Source: Candidatus Latescibacterota bacterium (lineage in GTDB: Bacteria; Latescibacterota; UBA2968; UBA8231). From it: a stretch of 64,000 nt of DNA. Positions 18,801 through 28,094 of the stretch are shown piece by piece. How positions within the stretch are numbered: position 1 is the first letter of the stretch; the number at the start of each line of letters is the position of its first letter. The DNA lies in NCBI GenBank assembly GCA_965203355.1, contig OZ241889.1, positions 1,920,001 to 1,984,000 on the forward strand, in the 5' to 3' direction. The notes beneath the pieces were generated by a model. It did not search any database. It saw nothing but the letters and a program-made list of their open reading frames with translations, and had not been told where the DNA came from. The position numbers were made by a program, and so were the translations under genes.

Positions 18801-21572
18801 CCTTTTCCCCGGCCGCGATGGTGACGGTCCCCGCTAAAGTCGCGGTATAATCCACGTCGCGGGTGGCCATCGCGCCGCTGGCCGGCGGCACAATCGTGAA
18901 GTGGACCGTCTCAGCCGCCGGAGCCGCGCCCGACAGAGTCGCCGTAACTCGGATTTCAGCCGTCTCGCCGTTTTCGCGCACGGCCGATTGCGAAGCCATC
19001 ACGCTGGCAACGCCAATCGTAACCGGCGCGGCGTCCGCGACCGTGATGGTGAAAGTCCGCACCCCGCCATCGCCGTCGGCATCAATCGCCGTATAGACGA
19101 CCGAGGCCATGCCCGCCAGCGTCGGCGTCCCGGAAAGCGTCCGCGTGGCCGCGTCAAACGACAGCCCCAGCGGCAGGTTCGACGAAACGCTGTACGAGAG
19201 CGTGCCTTGGCCGCCCGTGGCCGCGGGCAACACCGCGCTAAACGTTTGGCCAACCGTCGCTTCAAAGGCTAACGCGGCCGTGCCGAAACTCGGCCATCCC
19301 GTGTCCGCGGGCGTCTCGGAAGAATCATCCATCATCGCCGCGTCTTTCAGCTTGATCGCCACGGGGTCGACCGTGATCTTGTCGTCGTCTTGGTTCTTGA
19401 GGTCGTCCTTGAGTGGCTTCAGCGTGATCGTCTCGTCGTTGTCGGCGGCTCCGTCGTTGACCGGCGTGATCGTGATCGTCGTTGAGCCGGTGATCTCGCC
19501 CGCCGGAATCGTCAGCGAGCGAAGCACCGCCGTGTAATCCACATCCCGCGTCGCGGCACCGGACGCATCCTCATCCAAGACCAACGAGATCGTCGCATCC
19601 GCGTCGAGCACCTTGCCGTCTAACGTGCCGGTCACCGTGACCGTCGTCTCACCCGCGTCCTCTTTGATTTCACTCGGATTGACCGACAGCGTGATGTTCT
19701 CGCTCAGCGTCTCATCGTCCGTGATCTTGAACTCCACCGTATCCTTCTGAGACGCTTCGGTGCCGACCTTCGCTATCACCTCGAACGTCCGCGCATTATG
19801 CGAAGTGCTGTTGTCCACCGGTGTGACGCGCAGCGTCGCCGTGCCTTTCTTATCGCCCGCCGGGATCGTCAAGCCCTCAATGACTTCCACCTCGTAATGC
19901 ACATCGCGCGTCCCCTCCCCCGCCGTAATCTGAAAGTCCACCGCCTTCGCACCGGTTAAAGCCGTCTCCAACTCAACGGTCATCGTAACGTCCGTCACCC
20001 CAGCGGCCTCGCGGATGGTCGCCGGACTTAGCGTAAAATTCTTGAGCCGCGCCACCGCAACGTCTTCGACCGTGATGGTGCCGGGGTTGACCACAATAGG
20101 AATGACAAAAGAGTCCACATGCTTTAAGACATTATTTGGACCAGTATTGGGGATAGCATCAGGAGAGATTGACCCATCGCCGTTAAGGTCTATACCAATC
20201 GAGAGTTGCCTCACGTTGGTGCCAGCACCAAAATAAATAGGGGTCTGGCCCTGTCGGAACAGGGAGATACCTACTTCCGTTAATGCGCTATCGGCGGGCA
20301 CCACATAGGTATCCAAATAATCGCCATCATTGAAAAAATCGATCCCCAAGTCTTTTTCTACTAAGACGGTGCCCGCAGGGATGGTGTCGGAGTCCCTCAG
20401 ATTCCAAATATTATTATCCGTATCTAACCCAACATTTACATCACCCGCCGTATCACCTTCTCTGGTTCCAACATCCCCATCGCCGTTGAAATCTATGCCG
20501 ATGACTATAAGTTGGTTTCTATTAACTAATTCACGGATTGTACCGCTGGTTTTGACATCACCATCTGACTCGAAGGTCCCATCAACTTGCCTGTCGATCC
20601 GGACCTGCTTACCAGCACTATTCATCCGTTTCTTGAACGTCACATCCAGCGTCGCATCCTTGGTCCCCAGCACGATCTTACCCGCCTTATTATTCGGATC
20701 GACGGTGATCGTCGTCGTCGCGTCGATCCGCCGCTTTGGAATGGTCAACTTCCCCAGCCCCCGAATCGAGTAATCCACATCCCGCGTCAACGTACTAGTA
20801 GAAGAAACAACCAATTGAGTTTCAAGGTCGCGCTCCGTCCACGAGCCGCCCTTCAACAGCGCCGTCACTTCAACCGAGGTCGCATCCGCCTGCTTGCTGA
20901 GCTTGGCCGGCGAAACAGAGAGGTCGATATTGGGGACGAACACATCGTCGTCAATCAGCTCGATATAGAAGACGCCCGTAACACCAGTAAGATTCTCCAT
21001 ATAGGACGCGGCGGTTTTGCCTTTCTCGAAAATGGTTCCAGTAGAACCCCCTACGTCAATCACGATAGGAAGATTAACCCGCATTTTAACCTTACCCGTA
21101 TCGACCGCCGTACCCGCCGTTATGGTCAGGGTATCGACATCCGCCGAAGCGTTGGCCGCGTTAATTCCAATCCGATTATTGTTGATCGGAGTTATGGTGA
21201 TCGTCCCGGTCGCCTTGCGCTCGCCCTTCTTAATCACCAAAGAGGGGAAAGAGATTCTGAACAAATCGTTGAGATAGCGGGACGTGACACCGACAAGACG
21301 CAGCGGAAGCTGAAGATCGGCCTTCGCCTTCGCGTCAGCCGTTCGCAATTCGGCTGTTATCGTAATATCCTGCGCCCCTCCATCCTCGCGGACGGAACGC
21401 CGGTCAACGGATATGTCGATGTTCTCGGTCTGCGCCGCAGCCTCCCCGGCCCAGCCCAACACCAAACTGGCCACCAGCAAACAAAAAACGCTGTAAGTCG
21501 TTGTTTTTGAAAGACTTAACCCCCCCCCCCCCGACTTTCTGAGGACTGCACGAGCAACTTGAAGAGTTTCAT
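15868..21572 (-). CDS. Giant secreted surface protein (Calx-beta-like repeats, He_PIG putative Ig repeats, FN3-like, EF-hand/dockerin-like, cohesin-like, FlgD/T9SS type-A-like tail); frameshifted at a G13 tract
   Basis: GAGGAGG + ATG at 21572; main ORF open from ~21519 to 15868; repeats ATRDVDY..L..LTIPAG and LP.GLSFD..TRT.SGTP; two FDDFFVLAD motifs; NYPNPFNP...GMYFYRLQAG..KKMLLLK. Confidence 0.85.
21520..21532 (-). repeat. G13 homopolymer in the signal-peptide coding region, putative phase-variation switch
   Basis: 13 consecutive C on the + strand between the ATG at 21572 and the long ORF. Confidence 0.85.
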
Positions 21573-21713
21573 TATTTAGCCTCCTCTGGGCTTAGGTAAG
21601 TGATAAAGGGAATTGTGCTTGACGCAAAAATTAAAGAAAGCCACGCTTTTGAGCAACAAGATATGTCGAAGGGATAAAAAGCCGTCAGTCCCTCGGAGAT
21701 TTTTATGGAGCGT

Positions 21714-21983
21714 TTAGCCGGGCAAACGCGACAAAATCAGTGTGCCTAGGGCTAGTAGGGTGGTCAATTGGATACCGATAAGCCAGCGAAAATCGCGGCG
21801 TTGCTCCTGCCGTAATGCGGTCAACTCCTGCCGCATCTCCTGCCGTAGTGCGTCAACGGATCGCTCTATGTTGTCAAAGCGGGCGTTGATCTGGCGACCT
21901 TGCTCGGTCAACTGCTCGGCGATGCCTTCCAGCCGTCCAAGGCGGCGGTCGTGGTCTTGGTCTTGGGTAATCGGTTCGTTCAT
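21714..21983 (-). CDS. Small coiled-coil protein with C-terminal TM helix (DUF1640-like)
   Basis: RLGRLEG...RQEMRQELTALRQEQRRDFRWLIGIQLTTLLALGTLIL; GGAG RBS. Confidence 0.7.
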   Translation of the reverse strand: MNEPITQDQDHDRRLGRLEGIAEQLTEQGRQINARFDNIERSVDALRQEMRQELTALRQEQRRDFRWLIGIQLTTLLALGTLILSRLPG

Positions 21984-22023
21984 GGCTCCAGCCTTTCAGC
22001 GCATCAACCCGGCGCGGCGGTCG

Positions 22024-22857
22024 CTAGAGCGTAGAGGCGCGAGAAAGGCGGTGAGCGTTAATGGCGTCGCGCAGGGTTAGGGTCGCCTGCCGGGCCGCCG
22101 CCGCGAAATCGCTGCCTTGGGAGGCGTAGAGGATGCTGCGCGAGGAATTGATGAGGATGCCCGCGCCGCGCGAGTCGCCGCCGTTTTTGACGGCCAGCGC
22201 TATAGAGCCGCCTTGCGCGCCAACCCCGGGTATCAGCAAGGGCATGTCTGGCGCTAGGCCGCGGAGGCGCGCCAAGGGCTCGGGTTGGGTTGCGCCGACG
22301 ACTAGGCCGATGTTGTTGGCGGCGTTCCACTCGTGGGCTTTGGCGACGACCTGCTCGTATAAGGGCCGATCGCCCAGCGGATTCTTCTGAAAATCGTCGG
22401 CTCCGGGGTTGGACGTCAGGCAGACGAGAAAGGTGGTGCGGTCTCGGTACGCGGTGAAGGGCGAGACGCAGTCGTGGCCCAAATAGGGCGTTACTGTCAG
22501 CGCGTCACAGCCGAGGACTTCGTAGAAGGCGCGGGCGTATTGCTCGGCGGTGTTGCGCATGTCGCCGACCTTGGCATCGATGAGCACCGGGATGTCGGCG
22601 GGAATGTGGTCGAGCGTGCGTTTGAGCGTGGCAAAGCCGCCCGCGCCGAGGGCGTTGTAGAAAGCGAAGTTGGGCTTGTAGCAGCAGACGAGATCGCAGG
22701 TGGCGTCGATGATTTGCTGGTTGAAGTAGAGGACGGGATCGGCTTGGGTGCGGACGCTGGCGGGCAATTGCGCCGGATCGGTATCCAGCCCGACGCAGAC
22801 TAGCGAGTTATTCTTGGCGATCGCTCTCTTCCATTTCTCCGTAAAGCTCAAACTCAT
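22024..22857 (-). CDS. pyrF: Orotidine-5'-phosphate decarboxylase
   Basis: SLVCVGLD, YKPNFAFY, DAKVGDMRNTAEQYA, LTSNPGA, GLVVGAT, LIPGVGAQGG, NSSRSILYAS. Confidence 0.96.
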   Translation of the reverse strand: MSLSFTEKWKRAIAKNNSLVCVGLDTDPAQLPASVRTQADPVLYFNQQIIDATCDLVCCYKPNFAFYNALGAGGFATLKRTLDHIPADIPVLIDAKVGDMRNTAEQYARAFYEVLGCDALTVTPYLGHDCVSPFTAYRDRTTFLVCLTSNPGADDFQKNPLGDRPLYEQVVAKAHEWNAANNIGLVVGATQPEPLARLRGLAPDMPLLIPGVGAQGGSIALAVKNGGDSRGAGILINSSRSILYASQGSDFAAAARQATLTLRDAINAHRLSRASTL

Positions 22858-23875
22858 TTTTCATTCCTTCTAAGATGAAAGGATCCGTATAGATAGAATC
22901 AAAGGCGGCTGGCGCGGGGCCGAGGAGGAAGGTCACCCGGCCTTGGCGCAAGAAGTCGCCGACCTCGTCGGCTTGCAGCACTTGAGCGGCATCGAAGTTG
23001 TCGAGGACGGCGTCGCCCGAGTAGCGGCCAGCCGTGCCGATGGCCCTGACGACAAAGGGATTGGCGTTTTCTCCGCCCAGCCGTTCGCTGGTGTAGGCCC
23101 GGGCCATGTCGTCGTCGTAGCCGACCACTCCGTAGTCTGTGGCGAGGCGGCGGTCCACGGTGGCCGCGCCGTGAATCACGGACCCATCCGCGCTGAGTAC
23201 GCTCGGTGCGATGCTCGGTTGCAGCCCGAGCCCGCGGACGTCGACGAGTAAGCCCGTGTAGGGTGCTTCGGGCACGAAAAACACGAGTTCGTCGGGCGGT
23301 AGCGAGTCGGCGGCAGACGCGGCGAGTGAGTCCGTCATAGCCGATAGCGTTAGGGAATCAGGGGGCGCAGACGCGGCGAATGAGTCGGCGGGAGCGGGCC
23401 TCAGCGAATCGGCGGTCGTTGGGGATGCAGGGGCGTTCAAGCCGTATGATCTGGGGTCGATAGGCTCGACTTGAGGCAGCACCGCCGCCGCGAAATCGCC
23501 CAACAGCCGCAGCCGCACGGCAATGCGATAGTGCCCTTGGTCCTGGCTTTGCGAGCCCAGGGCCACGCGGACGAGGTCTTGAAAATCGCGAGAGCGGCCG
23601 GCGTCTTGTAGTTGGATGTCGGCGTTGAGGCGCACTTGGCCGATTAGTTGGCGCATGTTGCGGAAGGCCGCGTCCCGGGCCTGGCGCAACCCGTGGAGCC
23701 GCTGCTGGATGGGGTCGGTGATTGCCGCGGGCGCGGTGCCGTTGCCATAGGCCAAGAGCGCGTGTTGCGTCCAGTCGATGTAGCCTTTGGCTAGCGGCTC
23801 GATTGCGTAGCGTTCGGGTTGTTGGGCGGGTAGCCGTGCGGCCATCAACACCAGCGCGGCGATCACAGGGAACAT
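22808..23875 (-). CDS. Exported protein, LPP20-like N-terminal domain, DS-repeat linker
   Basis: GYIDWT..AYG.G..ARDAAFRN..IGQVRLN; YTGLLVDVRGLGLQPSIAP; overlaps pyrF by 50 nt. Confidence 0.65.
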   Translation of the reverse strand: MFPVIAALVLMAARLPAQQPERYAIEPLAKGYIDWTQHALLAYGNGTAPAAITDPIQQRLHGLRQARDAAFRNMRQLIGQVRLNADIQLQDAGRSRDFQDLVRVALGSQSQDQGHYRIAVRLRLLGDFAAAVLPQVEPIDPRSYGLNAPASPTTADSLRPAPADSFAASAPPDSLTLSAMTDSLAASAADSLPPDELVFFVPEAPYTGLLVDVRGLGLQPSIAPSVLSADGSVIHGAATVDRRLATDYGVVGYDDDMARAYTSERLGGENANPFVVRAIGTAGRYSGDAVLDNFDAAQVLQADEVGDFLRQGRVTFLLGPAPAAFDSIYTDPFILEGMKNEFELYGEMEESDRQE

Positions 23876-23892
23876 AATAGCGCTCCAGCAAT

Positions 23893-23926
23893 AGAAAAAT
23901 CACCCGGAGCCGCCAAGCCCCGGGTG
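23893..23926 (-). terminator. Terminator after rnpB
   Basis: cacccggggc-ttggcg-gctccgggtg followed by atttttct on the minus strand. Confidence 0.65.
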
Positions 23927-23927
23927 T

Positions 23928-24303
23928 GGGAGAAGTAAGTCTATAAGCCGAGTTCTGTCCACGCACCGGAAGTGCGCTGTGCGGGCATTCATCTGGGGCG
24001 GCGGTTGCCCGACCGCCTCGGTGCAGCTTACCCGGGAATCTAGCGAGGCGGACCGCCTCTTTTCCCCTATTTAGCCTTGCTCCGGATGAGGTTTACCCTG
24101 CCACCGGCGTCGCCGCCGATGCGGTGAGCTCTTACCTCGCCTTTTCAACCTTACCCAGCAAGCTGGGCGGTGTGTTTTCTGTGGCACTGTCTGTGGGGTC
24201 GCCCCCCCTGGGCGTTACCCAGCATCCTGTCCTGTGGAGCTCGGACTTTCCTCACTAGCGGCCACTGAGGGCTGCTAGCGTGCCCGCCCGACTTACTTCT
24301 CCC
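23928..24303 (-). ncRNA. rnpB: RNase P RNA, bacterial type A
   Basis: GAGGAAAGTCCGAGCTC, CAGTGCCACAGAAAA, GGTAAACCTCATCCGGAGCAAGG, CAGAACTCGGCTTATAG; P1 helix gggagaagtaagtc / gacttacttctccc. Confidence 0.97.
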
Positions 24304-24316
24304 AAAATCAAACCAA

Positions 24317-25018
24317 CTACTCGGCCCAGACCATAATGGCACCGCAATTCTCGCAGTAGATGACGCGGTCGCCAACGCGCACTTCGTTGAATATTTGGGC
24401 GGGCATTTGGTGGTAACAAACACCGCAAGCCTCCCGGTGTACGGCGGCGATGCGAATGCCGCGTCGCCCCGTCTTTTGATTGTAGAGCTGCAGCAGTTGA
24501 GGATCGATGTGCTCGGCGACTCCGGCCCGACTCTTTTTAACTGCGTCGATTTGCTCCTGCATGGTGCCGAGCAAGCCTTCGAGCTCGTCAATGCGCTCTT
24601 GCTCGACCTCGCGGACGGCCTCAAACGCCTCGTGCTCGTCGTCGATTTTCGCTTGAATCTTCTCTTGCGCCTCGAGGACTTTGAGCAATTTTGCCTCGTG
24701 CTCGGCCATGGTCTTTTTGCAAATCTCGACTTCGAGCTGGAGCGCGTCGTATTCTTTGTTGGTGGTTACTACGGAAAAACGCTCCTCGCGCTCGCGCAGG
24801 GCGGCTTTGCCGCTTTCGATCTCGCGCTCGCAGTGCCGCTGATCTTTGGCGTACTGCTCGTTCTCGGCTTCTAGCTCGGACAAAGTGGACCGCGCTTTTG
24901 CTATCCTGCTGCGCCGTAGGTCGATTTCAGCGGGATATTCTTCTTTGGCCTCTTCGAGCGAGAAGAGTTTTTTATCCACTTCTTGGAGCTTCAATAGTTG
25001 CAACAAACCCTCTTTCAT
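24317..25018 (-). CDS. Coiled-coil C4 zinc-ribbon protein (DUF164 type)
   Basis: LLKLQEVD, long coiled coil, NKEYDALQLEVE, CGVC...CENCGAI; typical neighbour of rnpB. Confidence 0.9.
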   Translation of the reverse strand: MKEGLLQLLKLQEVDKKLFSLEEAKEEYPAEIDLRRSRIAKARSTLSELEAENEQYAKDQRHCEREIESGKAALREREERFSVVTTNKEYDALQLEVEICKKTMAEHEAKLLKVLEAQEKIQAKIDDEHEAFEAVREVEQERIDELEGLLGTMQEQIDAVKKSRAGVAEHIDPQLLQLYNQKTGRRGIRIAAVHREACGVCYHQMPAQIFNEVRVGDRVIYCENCGAIMVWAE

Positions 25019-25048
25019 GCGGCCTCTCGTCTCCTAAATTACGCGAAA

Positions 25049-25080
25049 CAAAGAAAAAGAGCGCATCAAAGATGCACTCT
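25049..25080 (-). terminator. Terminator-like hairpin just upstream of the zinc-ribbon gene
   Basis: agagtgcatc-ttt-gatgcgctct followed by ttttctttg on the minus strand. Confidence 0.6.
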
Positions 25081-25214
25081 AATGAATCGCATGAGTTGCT
25101 GCTGGTGAGCAAACATTGGGTGGCGGTAAATCTAGGATGTCGCGTCATCAGCAGCTTGTAGTTCTCGGTTGGGATAAATGAACCTTTTTAATTACGGGTA
25201 CTTGAATACGGCGG

Positions 25215-26162
25215 TCAAGAGAGCAGCGACCGCGCCGCCTGCGCGACGTGTCCGGGGGTCAAGCCGTATTTTTGCAGCAGGTCTTCGTTGGGGGCGGATT
25301 CGCCGAATACGTCGCGGATGCCAACGCGCCGCATGGGCGTGGGACGCCGCTCGCCTAGCACTTCAGCGACCGCGCCGCCCAAGCCGCCGACGATGGTGTG
25401 GTCTTCGGCCGTTACTACGCAGCCCGTTTGCGCGGCCGCGGCGACAATGGCGTCTGCGTCGAGTGGCTTGAGGGTCGGTACATGGAGGACGAGCGCCGAG
25501 ATCCCTTCGCGTGCCAACTCGTCGGTCGCGGCGAGGCAGCGCGGGGTTTGGGCGCCCGTGGATATGAGAGTGATGTCCGTGCCTTCGCGCAGGACCAGGG
25601 CGCGGCCCAACTCAAACTCGTAGTCGGCTGGGAAGACGACAGGTTCCGGGTCGCGCGTCATGCGCACGTACACCGGGCCGGGCAAGTCGTTGGCCGCCAG
25701 CATACAGGCGCGGACTTCTACGGCGTCGGCCGGGGCCAAAACGGTCATATTCGGCATGGCGCGCAGGACGGAGATGTCGGCGATCTCTTGATGGGTTTTG
25801 CCGGTTTTGCCAGTCAACAAGCCCGAGTAGGCACCGCAGAGCTTGACCGGTAGATTGGGCTGGGCGACGACGACGCGGAGCTGGTCGAGATCGCGGTTGA
25901 CGATGAAGCAGGCGAAGCTGCTCAGCCACGGCACGAGGCCGCAGGTGGCCATGCCAGCGGCGACGCCCATCATGTTTTGCTCGGCAATGCCCATTTCGAG
26001 GAAGCGGTCGGGCCGTGCGCGGGCGACTTTGTCGGCCTTGGTCGAGTTGGCCAAGTCGCCGTCGAGCACGTACACGCGCGGGTCGCGGTCCATCAGTTCG
26101 ATGAGTGTGTCGCCAAAAGCGTCGCGCTGGGCCAGCATCTCGCCGGTGGTGGAGAGGTTCAC
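25215..26162 (-). CDS. Transketolase C-terminal subunit (pyrimidine-binding + C domain)
   Basis: QRDAFG, DGDLANST, EMGIAEQNMMGVAAG, GKTHQ, TAEDHTIVGGLGGAVAE; GTG at 26162 overlaps the upstream TGA. Confidence 0.92.
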   Translation of the reverse strand: MNLSTTGEMLAQRDAFGDTLIELMDRDPRVYVLDGDLANSTKADKVARARPDRFLEMGIAEQNMMGVAAGMATCGLVPWLSSFACFIVNRDLDQLRVVVAQPNLPVKLCGAYSGLLTGKTGKTHQEIADISVLRAMPNMTVLAPADAVEVRACMLAANDLPGPVYVRMTRDPEPVVFPADYEFELGRALVLREGTDITLISTGAQTPRCLAATDELAREGISALVLHVPTLKPLDADAIVAAAAQTGCVVTAEDHTIVGGLGGAVAEVLGERRPTPMRRVGIRDVFGESAPNEDLLQKYGLTPGHVAQAARSLLS

Positions 26163-27025
26163 AGAGCGGCCTCCTGTGTGGCGAGTTCGTCTTGCGCTTG
26201 TTTGAGATCTTGGTCGGTCACGGGTTTGGAATGCCAGTTGAAGTCGTTTTCCATGTAGGAGATTCCTCGGCCCTTGATCGTGCGGGCGACGATAATGGTG
26301 GGTTGGCCGCGGTGTGATTTGGCTGCGGCAAAGGCCGCGAGAATGGCGGGGAAGTCGTGGCCGTCGGTCTCGATGGCGTTCCAGCCAAAGGCGCGCCAGC
26401 GGTTGAGCGGATTTTCCTGCGCGGCCAAGCGGTCGAGCACGCCGTAGCCCTTTTCGGTAGCCCAGCCGTATTGCTGGAGGCCGTTCCAGTCGAGGATGGC
26501 GGTGAGATTGTCGAGGCCGTAGCGCGCCGCGACAAAGGCCGCCTCCCATATTTGCCCCTCCTGTGAGTCGCCGTCGCCGATCATCACCCAAGTGCGGAAG
26601 CCTCGCCCTTGCAGACGGGCGGCGAGGGCCATGCCGAGGCCGGGCGACAGGCCCTGGCCCAGCGAGCCGGTGGACATGTCGAGGCCGGGGAGGACGCTCA
26701 TGTCTGGATGCCCTTGTAGGCGGGAGTCCACGGCGTCAAAGGTGGCGAGTTCCTCAATGGGCAGGTAGCCGCGCAGGGCCAAGGCCGCGTACAGACCGAT
26801 CGAGGAGTGTCCCTTGGATAGGATAAAGCGATCGCGGTCTGGGTCGTGCGGTCGGTCTGGGTCGATGTTCAACTCGGCGAAGTACAGGGCGATGAGCAAC
26901 TCGGCCGCGGACATGGGGCCACCTAAGTGGCCGGCCCCGGCGCGGTGTACCGACTCGACGACGAGGCGGCGCAACTGGATGGCATGGCGCTTTAGTTCGG
27001 CGTGGCGCGCGTGCGTCAGGCTCAT
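26159..27025 (-). CDS. Transketolase N-terminal subunit (ThDP-binding)
   Basis: GHLGGPMS, DRFILSKGH, LQGHP, STGSLGQG, GDGDSQEGQIWEA. Confidence 0.93.
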   Translation of the reverse strand: MSLTHARHAELKRHAIQLRRLVVESVHRAGAGHLGGPMSAAELLIALYFAELNIDPDRPHDPDRDRFILSKGHSSIGLYAALALRGYLPIEELATFDAVDSRLQGHPDMSVLPGLDMSTGSLGQGLSPGLGMALAARLQGRGFRTWVMIGDGDSQEGQIWEAAFVAARYGLDNLTAILDWNGLQQYGWATEKGYGVLDRLAAQENPLNRWRAFGWNAIETDGHDFPAILAAFAAAKSHRGQPTIIVARTIKGRGISYMENDFNWHSKPVTDQDLKQAQDELATQEAAL

Positions 27026-27072
27026 AGAAGTTCTCCTTTTTGCGGCTCGTTAAGGTAGAAATCGACGCGGCG

Positions 27073-28074
27073 TTAGTCCAGCCACGGCGGTGCAACGCCA
27101 AAGGCCCGGCCACATTCGTCTAAGCGCTCGATGTCTTCTAAGCCGATGGGAATACCGTCGCGTGCGTACGCTTCCTCGTTGCGGTGTTCGGGCGTGCCGG
27201 GCAGCGTGACTTCGTCGTACCCACGCAGCGGAATTAGCTGCTCGCTCGCTAGACGCACCAACTCATCAACGCCGTGGCGCACTTGTGGAGCAGGCGCGAA
27301 GAGGCCCAAGTCGAGGACGAGGATTAAGCTGCCCATGCGCGCGGCGGGCCATTGCGCGGCGATCGCGCGGGCGCGGTCGCTGCCTTGGCCGACAAAAGCT
27401 CCGCCGAGTAAGGTGGCAATGGCGGTGTAGCCCATGGATTTGAAGAAGGCCGCCGGGATCAGTTCTTCTATGGCTTCGATCGGCTCGCCGCGCTGGTAGT
27501 CGGCGAGGATGCAGGTGGCCACGTCGAGCACCGCTGGTGGCCCTTCTTGTCCGGGCAGGCCAAAGCACAAGGGCGGATTGCCGTAGTGGGCGGCGCGCTT
27601 GCCGTCGTTGCTGGGGTAGTACTGGGGATGGGCCGCTTGTACCGAGAAGCCCACGCAGTTTTCCGCCATGGCGCGGCGCACGTAGTGTCCGGCTGACCCG
27701 TAGTGTCCTATGTGGCAGGCCGCGCCGATGGCGAGCCCTTTTTCCTTGGCCTTGGCGATGGCGCGTTCGGTGGCGAGCATGGTCGGCGCGTACCCGAGGC
27801 TGCCATCGCCATCGACAAAGACGTGGGTGTCGCTTTCGCGCAGGACGCGGATGGCTGGAGCGGGGTTGGCCTTTTTGTCGCGGAGGGTGCAGCAATACCC
27901 GTACAGGGCGCGGGTGCCGTGCGAGCGCACACCGCGCAAATCCGAATTGGTCAGCAGGTCGGCCAACTGCGCGGCGTGTGCGGCGGACAGGCCCGCGATG
28001 CGGAGGCAGGCCGTGCCAAAGGTTCTGAGGTCGGCCGCGGCAATGCGTTTGAATTCTGTGGGGGGGCGGTTCAT
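27073..28074 (-). CDS. Ldh_2 (malate/L-lactate/sulfolactate-like) oxidoreductase
   Basis: SDLRGVRSHG, VDGDGSLG, AIAKAKEKG, HYGSAGHY, GNPPLCFGLP, LDVAT, LPGTPE. Confidence 0.85.
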   Translation of the reverse strand: MNRPPTEFKRIAAADLRTFGTACLRIAGLSAAHAAQLADLLTNSDLRGVRSHGTRALYGYCCTLRDKKANPAPAIRVLRESDTHVFVDGDGSLGYAPTMLATERAIAKAKEKGLAIGAACHIGHYGSAGHYVRRAMAENCVGFSVQAAHPQYYPSNDGKRAAHYGNPPLCFGLPGQEGPPAVLDVATCILADYQRGEPIEAIEELIPAAFFKSMGYTAIATLLGGAFVGQGSDRARAIAAQWPAARMGSLILVLDLGLFAPAPQVRHGVDELVRLASEQLIPLRGYDEVTLPGTPEHRNEEAYARDGIPIGLEDIERLDECGRAFGVAPPWLD

Positions 28075-28094
28075 GGGAGAAGCTCCTGTGGGCG

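Noticed and set aside
25098-25155. Fluoride riboswitch (GCTGATGAC-like motif)
   Set aside because: The 5' GGCGATGG-type element and pseudoknot partner are absent, and the downstream gene is unrelated to fluoride
26163-26591. Long N-terminal extension of the transketolase C subunit in the ORF track
   Set aside because: Overlaps the N-subunit gene in another frame; the real start is the GTG at 26162 after GGAGG
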